NCBI GenBank assembly: GCA_048884785.1
Contig: JBHLQM010000009.1
Coordinates: 1 to 64,000, forward strand
Source: Candidatus Thorarchaeota archaeon
GTDB taxonomy: Archaea > Asgardarchaeota > Thorarchaeia > Thorarchaeales > Thorarchaeaceae
Reading direction: 5' to 3'
DNA length: 64,000 bases
This document shows positions 58,247-64,000 of the stretch, piece by piece (the first letter of the stretch is position 1; each line of letters starts with the position of its first letter). The position numbers and the translations under genes are program-made. Below the pieces are notes generated by a model that was not told the DNA's origin, made no database searches, and was given only the letters and a program-made list of their open reading frames with translations.

Positions 58247-59569
58247 ATGATTACGCAGAGAGGGTTTGTGGTTCTGTTTGCTGGAGTCGTCCTACTGACA
58301 AGTGGATTCGCCTTCAACAACTTCTACCTAACTCTGATTGGCGTTTACCTTTGTGTAGGACTTGTTGTAACACTTCCTCTCTTTGCGATGACGGCTAACA
58401 TTTCCGGCATTCTTGTGGAACGCTATATTGACAAAGTAAAGGTATTCTCTGGCGATTTTCTAAGGGTAAAAGTCACAATTCGAAACACCTCACGGAGGCA
58501 TTTTGATTTCATTGAAGTCCATGATCAATATCCTGAGCTCTGGATTCTTGCTATTGGAGCTAACTTCATTGCATCGCGAATTCAACCTGGAGGGAGCATC
58601 ACCTTCTCTTACATCCTCCAAGTGAGAATGCGGGGGAGGTATTATTTGGGCCCAACAGAGGTAATCATGCGAGATAGACTAGGTCTACATTATTACAAGC
58701 GCACACTAAAGGAACAGACCGAAGTCTTGGTCTATCCAACATGGAAGGATGTTAGGAGACTTGAAGCCCTCGGGAAGCAAAGACATCTTGGACGTATGTT
58801 TGGAGCACATAGAACCAAAGTCATAGGAATGGGCACTGATTTCGCAGGGTTTAGAGAATATGTCCCAGGGGATTCTTTTAGGAATATTGACTGGAAAATA
58901 AGCGCGAAACGCGGGGATATGATTGTCAGGCAATATGAGATGGAGAAGAATATTCAGGTTGTTTGTATGGTCGACACAAGTGGATCTATGGGAAATGGAT
59001 ACCCTGAGAACACGAAACTTGAGTATGCTATCAGGGCTGCAGTCCTTCTTTCTCATATGGGCTTGGAACGAAAGGACCTTGTAGGAACATGTGTATTCAG
59101 CGATGTGGTTCACTCTTATGTTCCACCTTCCACTAATCCAAATCACATGTACAATGTCCTTGAATCGCTTGCATTGGCAGAACCAAAAGGTTGGAGTGAC
59201 TATGAAACAGCTATATCATATGTCACTCAACAGACCAAGAAACGATCATTCATTATCTGGCTCACAGACTTGGAGGAATCTCCAGCACCACTCCTAAATG
59301 CTATGAAGTCGGTCATCGCTAATGGACATAAGGCCATGGTCATCAGTCCTTTTGGCCCATGGTTTGAAGCTCCGGTTGGACAGTTTGGCCCTGTCGAGAA
59401 AGTGCTTTCTGAAGCCGTCTCTGAGGAGCTATGGGAGCGCCGGCAAAAAATTACTCGGGCTCTAGCAAGATTCGGAATCAATGTTGTTAACGTCGGTCCA
59501 GAAGATTTCTTGCCGACTATTATCAAGCAGTATGAAACTGCAAAACAGAAGGGGGTTGCGATGTTTTGA
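58247..59569 (+). CDS. DUF58 domain protein with VWA-like MIDAS motif
   Basis: G.DF...REYVPGD..R.IDWK.SA, DTSGSM, TDL. Confidence 0.93.
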   Translation: MITQRGFVVLFAGVVLLTSGFAFNNFYLTLIGVYLCVGLVVTLPLFAMTANISGILVERYIDKVKVFSGDFLRVKVTIRNTSRRHFDFIEVHDQYPELWILAIGANFIASRIQPGGSITFSYILQVRMRGRYYLGPTEVIMRDRLGLHYYKRTLKEQTEVLVYPTWKDVRRLEALGKQRHLGRMFGAHRTKVIGMGTDFAGFREYVPGDSFRNIDWKISAKRGDMIVRQYEMEKNIQVVCMVDTSGSMGNGYPENTKLEYAIRAAVLLSHMGLERKDLVGTCVFSDVVHSYVPPSTNPNHMYNVLESLALAEPKGWSDYETAISYVTQQTKKRSFIIWLTDLEESPAPLLNAMKSVIANGHKAMVISPFGPWFEAPVGQFGPVEKVLSEAVSEELWERRQKITRALARFGINVVNVGPEDFLPTIIKQYETAKQKGVAMF

Positions 59570-60948
59570 GAGCTATCACTTGGGTTTTGCGAATACTTTC
59601 TACTGCTGCCTTCATTGGGATGTGTCTCCTAGTCTACGATGCAATGAGAGGATACTGGGATTGGGACGCTCCATACATATTCATTGTGACAGTTTTCCGT
59701 TTGATATCCATGGTTCTTTTCTTTGTTGGATCACTTGTCATGGTTGGCCTTGTTGCGCCTTTCACAGGAGGAACTCCTAGTGATGCGCTTGTCGGCCTGT
59801 ATAACACGCAACTTCTTAGGATGTGGTACATGCAGCCTTATGGCGTTACTGGACCTTTTACATCAGTGAATCAAGTCTTCAACAGCTTCATTTCTAATAT
59901 TGGAGGGATCTGGAGGATTCTTTCTGAGTACTCATTCACATTTCTGTATTTTTTGGGTGCTGCACTCGGTATCGCCTTCTTTCTCCAATCACTTGTACGA
60001 ATGGAACACAAGTTTGTTGGCGGAGCTTTTCTTGGGATTCAATCTGTTTTGATTGTTGCCGCTTACCGTTTGATAACAATTCCGAATTTTGAGGGCGGCT
60101 TCCCGGCTGATTTCTTCAGTTTTCTATCAAGCGGAGTTCAAATTCTGGCTCTAGTTTCTTTTGCCTATATTGAGATAAGCTATCAGATGATTTATAGTGA
60201 TTCTGTTGGAAAACCTGTTGAAGAGCGTGAAAACACACTCAAGAAACAACTGCTGGCCCTGCGTCAAACGACAAGAAAGCAAGAATCAATAGAACGTGGT
60301 GAAAAGGTTAGTACAACGGCTATGAGTCGGACTTCAGGAGCTACAGCATTCTCCTTCCTAAGAGAAGCAATAGAACGAAGGGTGTTTGGTGGCAAAGAAG
60401 TAGTTGAAAGCCTTGACGCAATTGCAGACGTGCGGCGACTTCAGATTTTTGTGGATGAGCTATTTTCGGCTGATCCAGATGCACGGGATGAGCTCACAGC
60501 AAAAGCTGCTGCTCCATCTTCTGGCTATGTAATATCCTCAACTATCATTGGATCTGCTGTTCGGTTTGTAGGAGTAATAACAATCTCATTTGTTTTTATG
60601 AACCCCGCGTTTTTCACAGTGTTGTTCAATCTTCCACCAGGTGTTGAGAATAGTGTTGAAATACTTCAACCCGAGCTAGTCGTCTTTTTCATGGTTCCTA
60701 TTCTTTTTCTCTTTGTACTGATAGCAATGGTAATCAGCTGGAATACAGCTCGTGAAGTTCCTGAGAAGGCGAAACTGCCTTCAGAAGAAAAGGAGAAGCA
60801 AAAACAGAGAAAGAAAGAGATTGCGATCAAAAGAAAGGCTGCAAGGGAGTCCCGGAAGGAGCGCGAAAGGGCAAGAAGGAAGCGAAAGGAGTCCGGTGAA
60901 GGAAAAGATGAATGGGATAGAGCCCTTGAAGATACATTCAAGAGATGA
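59566..60948 (+). CDS. multi-pass membrane protein with charged C-terminal tail (MoxR operon)
   Basis: ~7 TM segments; K/R/E-rich tail; 4-nt overlap with the upstream gene. Confidence 0.75.
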   Translation: MRAITWVLRILSTAAFIGMCLLVYDAMRGYWDWDAPYIFIVTVFRLISMVLFFVGSLVMVGLVAPFTGGTPSDALVGLYNTQLLRMWYMQPYGVTGPFTSVNQVFNSFISNIGGIWRILSEYSFTFLYFLGAALGIAFFLQSLVRMEHKFVGGAFLGIQSVLIVAAYRLITIPNFEGGFPADFFSFLSSGVQILALVSFAYIEISYQMIYSDSVGKPVEERENTLKKQLLALRQTTRKQESIERGEKVSTTAMSRTSGATAFSFLREAIERRVFGGKEVVESLDAIADVRRLQIFVDELFSADPDARDELTAKAAAPSSGYVISSTIIGSAVRFVGVITISFVFMNPAFFTVLFNLPPGVENSVEILQPELVVFFMVPILFLFVLIAMVISWNTAREVPEKAKLPSEEKEKQKQRKKEIAIKRKAARESRKERERARRKRKESGEGKDEWDRALEDTFKR

Positions 60949-60970
60949 ATCTCTCTAAGGGTGCATAATT

Positions 60971-61942
60971 ATGAAATCTATCGTTCTATCTCATGGAGAT
61001 GCTGATGGAATCACTTCGGGTGCCATATCGATGCTCGCATTTCCAGGGTCCACATTCTACTTTTCCAAACCATCTCAGATTCACAGTGATCTCTATAGAA
61101 TCTCAAAAGACCGCCCGGATTCTGTTTGTATCAGTGATATCGCTGTGAACGAGATGCACATGGATCACATTTTGCGTGCCTTGGACAGATTTCCCGACTC
61201 ATCAAAGATTATTTGGATAGACCATCATCCCATTGGAAAGAAGAATCTCAAGGAACTGGAAGATCGTGGTGAGATAATCCATGAAATTGGTTGCGCCGCT
61301 TCAGAATTGGCGTATAGAAGATTCCAAAACGAAGTCCCTGAATATGCTCTCCGTCTTGCGCTCTATGGTGCTATTGGGGATTATTGTGATGGGACTCCTT
61401 TTGCCCAGCTTCATTTTGAGGACTATGATAAGAGAACACTATACCTGGAAGCCGGCCTTCTAGTGCAAGCATTGCAGGAAATTGACTATAAGAAAGAATC
61501 CAAAGATCTCCTCCATGAACTAACACTGGGTGTTGCACCAAGTGCTATGAACAACATAGTAGAACTAGCAATGAAAGCAACACGAATCGAGCATGAAGTC
61601 TTTCGGTATGTGAAGGCTAATGCACGAAAACTCGGTCGAGTTGGATATATTTTAGACATGCCAATTCAAGGCTATCGCGGCAAATCAGCAAAGTTCGCAG
61701 CATATGTTACTGACTCAAATATCGGTATTAGTGCAAAGTCAACGGAAGACGAGGTAGATATGAGTATCAGAAGGCGTGCCCTAGAAGTGGATTTGAATCA
61801 GGCTCTCAATAAGATACTTCCAGAACTCATTGATGCTCACGGAGGTGGGCACCCCGCTGCTGCAGGCGCCACCATGAACAGAAATGAGTTTCCGATGTTT
61901 GTTCAACGACTGGCTGAATATGTTGAGCAAAATATCAGCTGA
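60971..61942 (+). CDS. DHH/DHHA1 family phosphoesterase
   Basis: HGDADG, SDIA, IDHH, GGGHPAAAG. Confidence 0.93.
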   Translation: MKSIVLSHGDADGITSGAISMLAFPGSTFYFSKPSQIHSDLYRISKDRPDSVCISDIAVNEMHMDHILRALDRFPDSSKIIWIDHHPIGKKNLKELEDRGEIIHEIGCAASELAYRRFQNEVPEYALRLALYGAIGDYCDGTPFAQLHFEDYDKRTLYLEAGLLVQALQEIDYKKESKDLLHELTLGVAPSAMNNIVELAMKATRIEHEVFRYVKANARKLGRVGYILDMPIQGYRGKSAKFAAYVTDSNIGISAKSTEDEVDMSIRRRALEVDLNQALNKILPELIDAHGGGHPAAAGATMNRNEFPMFVQRLAEYVEQNIS

Positions 61943-64000
61943 AGAACAGAATTGCGCTATAGAGCACCCAAATGACTGTAATTATTGCTTCTCCAGCAAT
62001 AATGCCGCTAAGCAATTTCATTACTTTTCGGTATTTCGGCGTTTCAGTTGGATCTTCACCCGATTGAAGCGAATGCTGCTTCTTTAGGCGATAGTCTATG
62101 TACCCACCGAATAGCATGGCGATAGTTGTCGCTGGTGGTATCAAAAGGCCTACCGCAAGACTCATGGGACTTAGTCCACGTTTAGTCAATTCACGTCCGG
62201 CGAGGAATCCTACCACGGCAAATAGTACCAAGTATAAGAAGGCAAGAATAGGATGGACTCCTGTAAATCGATCCAATCCTGGGAGCTGAAAATTACTGAG
62301 CCCTGTTAGACTTACTACTAGAAAGCCGAATAATTGTGCTGCTGGAGCAGGAAATTCGCTACCACCAAAACCGTATGTAATGTATAGCATATAGGTAATA
62401 AGAGACCCAACAAACGTACCAAGAAGCGCCCCCACAAAGACGGATTTCATCACATCACGCCCCCGGACACCTGTCAATGAGCCAAGTTTTAGGTGCACCA
62501 GCAAAGCAATCGCAGCATCTTGAAGAGCACCAAGCATTGACATGAATGTTGTAATTGCCTGGAATGTCGTCCTGAATAGTAGTATTGCTGGTATTGCAAC
62601 CATATCTGATATGTAGCCTGCCAGCATCCCAGTTTCACTAATCGCTCTAGCTGTGAAATATGCTGATAGAAGAGCTACAGGAGCACCAAAGACAAAGAGG
62701 ATCCAAGAAATATCCAAGTTGGCAAATGGCCTGATTATCGAGAATACAATAATCCCAGTAATCATAAAGAGAAGCATTGATACCACTGCCACCCAGGGAG
62801 GAACCTGCCCTTTTCTTGCTGCGAGATATTCCCTAGGATCTGCAATCATCTCCCGGATTTCTTCCTTTACCACCTCAATCGTGAAGAGTTCTTGCTTGAC
62901 CCGCATTAATCGCGCAATGATTGCATCCTGTGACGAAGTTCTCTCAGTTTTTTCTTCAGCTTCTGTTGAAGTTGCCTTTGCAGGATTCTCACCTTTCTTA
63001 CTTGAAAAAACATCTCCGACAATGACAGTCACAAAAATCCCAATTGCCAAGTACAGAATCTCCGGTCGGGTAAGGTGATCACCATAGAGAATAGGTGCAG
63101 CGCCCTCTAATACAATCCAAATGAATAATGATGCCAAACTTCCAGCAAGCATTATGAGTACCCTCTTCCATCCCACGAAGAACCCAATTGCTCCAATAAG
63201 TGGGGAGTTACTCACTCCAATCCAATCTGGAACCATTGGTGCAATGGCATGTGGAAACGATGAGAGGGTAAGACCCTCGTTCATAACCTCTGCAACTTTG
63301 GTGGTACCAACCCACGCAGCAGATACTGATAATCCTGTAAGAACAGTCACTTTAGATGCCTTATCGGCACCCAAGGACTTGATTGTTTCCGCTTGAGGTT
63401 TCACTTGAGGCCAAGATTCATGCTCGAACCTGTCCCGAAATGGTGCCATGAGCAGAAGTCCAAAAACAGCACTGATTCCGGTCACAAATGCAATGAACTG
63501 ATATGTAATTAGACTTGCAGAAATCTCAGCTGGCGCGAATATAGCTATGGCTGGAAAGGTGATAAGCACTCCAATTGAAACCATGGATGCACTATTAGCT
63601 ATGGAAACTACGACTACATTTTCTTGTGGTGTATATTTTCCATTCATACTTAAGAGCAAGAAACCTAATAGCTCAGCCCCGACAAAATAAACGACGCCCA
63701 ATTTGAGAGCAAGATAGATCCCCAGAAATGTCATTATTACTCCAACAACTATTCCTGTACCTATCGCCCGCTTAGTAAGCGGAAATTTCGGTTCACTCAT
63801 TAGGGCTGCATAAATCGCAAGACCACCTGTTGCCATTACAACTATCTCGGAGAAGGATGTGAGGAGCACTGAAAAAGCAATGTAGAGGACTGCGGCTACA
63901 CAAATAAGCCCAAGTCCCTTTTTATCCAGAGGTTTTTGAGTAATTGACCCAATGAGAAGAATAGCCTCAAGTAGGACTGCAACGAATATCCCATAATCCA
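61935..64000 (-). CDS. OPT/YSL family oligopeptide transporter, 5' end beyond the window
   Basis: LT.RAI..G, YLALKLG, TPQEN, FPAPAA, GIIAGEA. The reading frame stays open from 63869 to the window edge. Confidence 0.85.
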   Translation of the reverse strand, partial: DYGIFVAVLLEAILLIGSITQKPLDKKGLGLICVAAVLYIAFSVLLTSFSEIVVMATGGLAIYAALMSEPKFPLTKRAIGTGIVVGVIMTFLGIYLALKLGVVYFVGAELLGFLLLSMNGKYTPQENVVVVSIANSASMVSIGVLITFPAIAIFAPAEISASLITYQFIAFVTGISAVFGLLLMAPFRDRFEHESWPQVKPQAETIKSLGADKASKVTVLTGLSVSAAWVGTTKVAEVMNEGLTLSSFPHAIAPMVPDWIGVSNSPLIGAIGFFVGWKRVLIMLAGSLASLFIWIVLEGAAPILYGDHLTRPEILYLAIGIFVTVIVGDVFSSKKGENPAKATSTEAEEKTERTSSQDAIIARLMRVKQELFTIEVVKEEIREMIADPREYLAARKGQVPPWVAVVSMLLFMITGIIVFSIIRPFANLDISWILFVFGAPVALLSAYFTARAISETGMLAGYISDMVAIPAILLFRTTFQAITTFMSMLGALQDAAIALLVHLKLGSLTGVRGRDVMKSVFVGALLGTFVGSLITYMLYITYGFGGSEFPAPAAQLFGFLVVSLTGLSNFQLPGLDRFTGVHPILAFLYLVLFAVVGFLAGRELTKRGLSPMSLAVGLLIPPATTIAMLFGGYIDYRLKKQHSLQSGEDPTETPKYRKVMKLLSGIIAGEAIITVIWVLYSAILFFS

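Overview
Archaeal chromosome segment, most consistent with an Asgard archaeon of the Thorarchaeia type. This assignment is an inference from eL38, eL40, Alba, Rpo4, aCPSF1, SepF, TPR proteins with a PLGTIT.YYPFID N-terminus, and tRNA genes with non-canonical introns. The window has three parts. (1) 1-~17.8 kb is an accessory island anchored on a tRNA-Ala(GGC) gene. At least five clear and two decayed direct copies of tRNA 3' halves divide it into 0.6-3.7 kb units of one or two genes each, with no integrase in view, giving an integron-like cassette array. Several copies are chimeras of two different tRNA sequences. One still carries a 32-nt insert at tRNA position 53/54 with the same geometry as the intron of the tRNA-Val(CAC) gene at 36.1 kb. 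(2) ~17.9-49 kb holds conserved housekeeping genes (rpl37e, lsm, sepF, aCPSF1, psmB, ksgA, rpo4, rpl21e, pus10, pth2, truD, alba, rpl38e, rpl40e, sucCD, thrC and others). It also holds two unusual Hel308/Ski2 paralogues: one fused to a winged helix, one ATPase-dead with a SWIM zinc finger. (3) 49-64 kb is a MoxR/DUF58 operon led by a 2060-aa surface protein whose transglutaminase-like domain appears to have lost its catalytic triad, followed by a DHH phosphoesterase and a truncated OPT transporter. All protein calls come from motif recognition by eye; no database searches were run.
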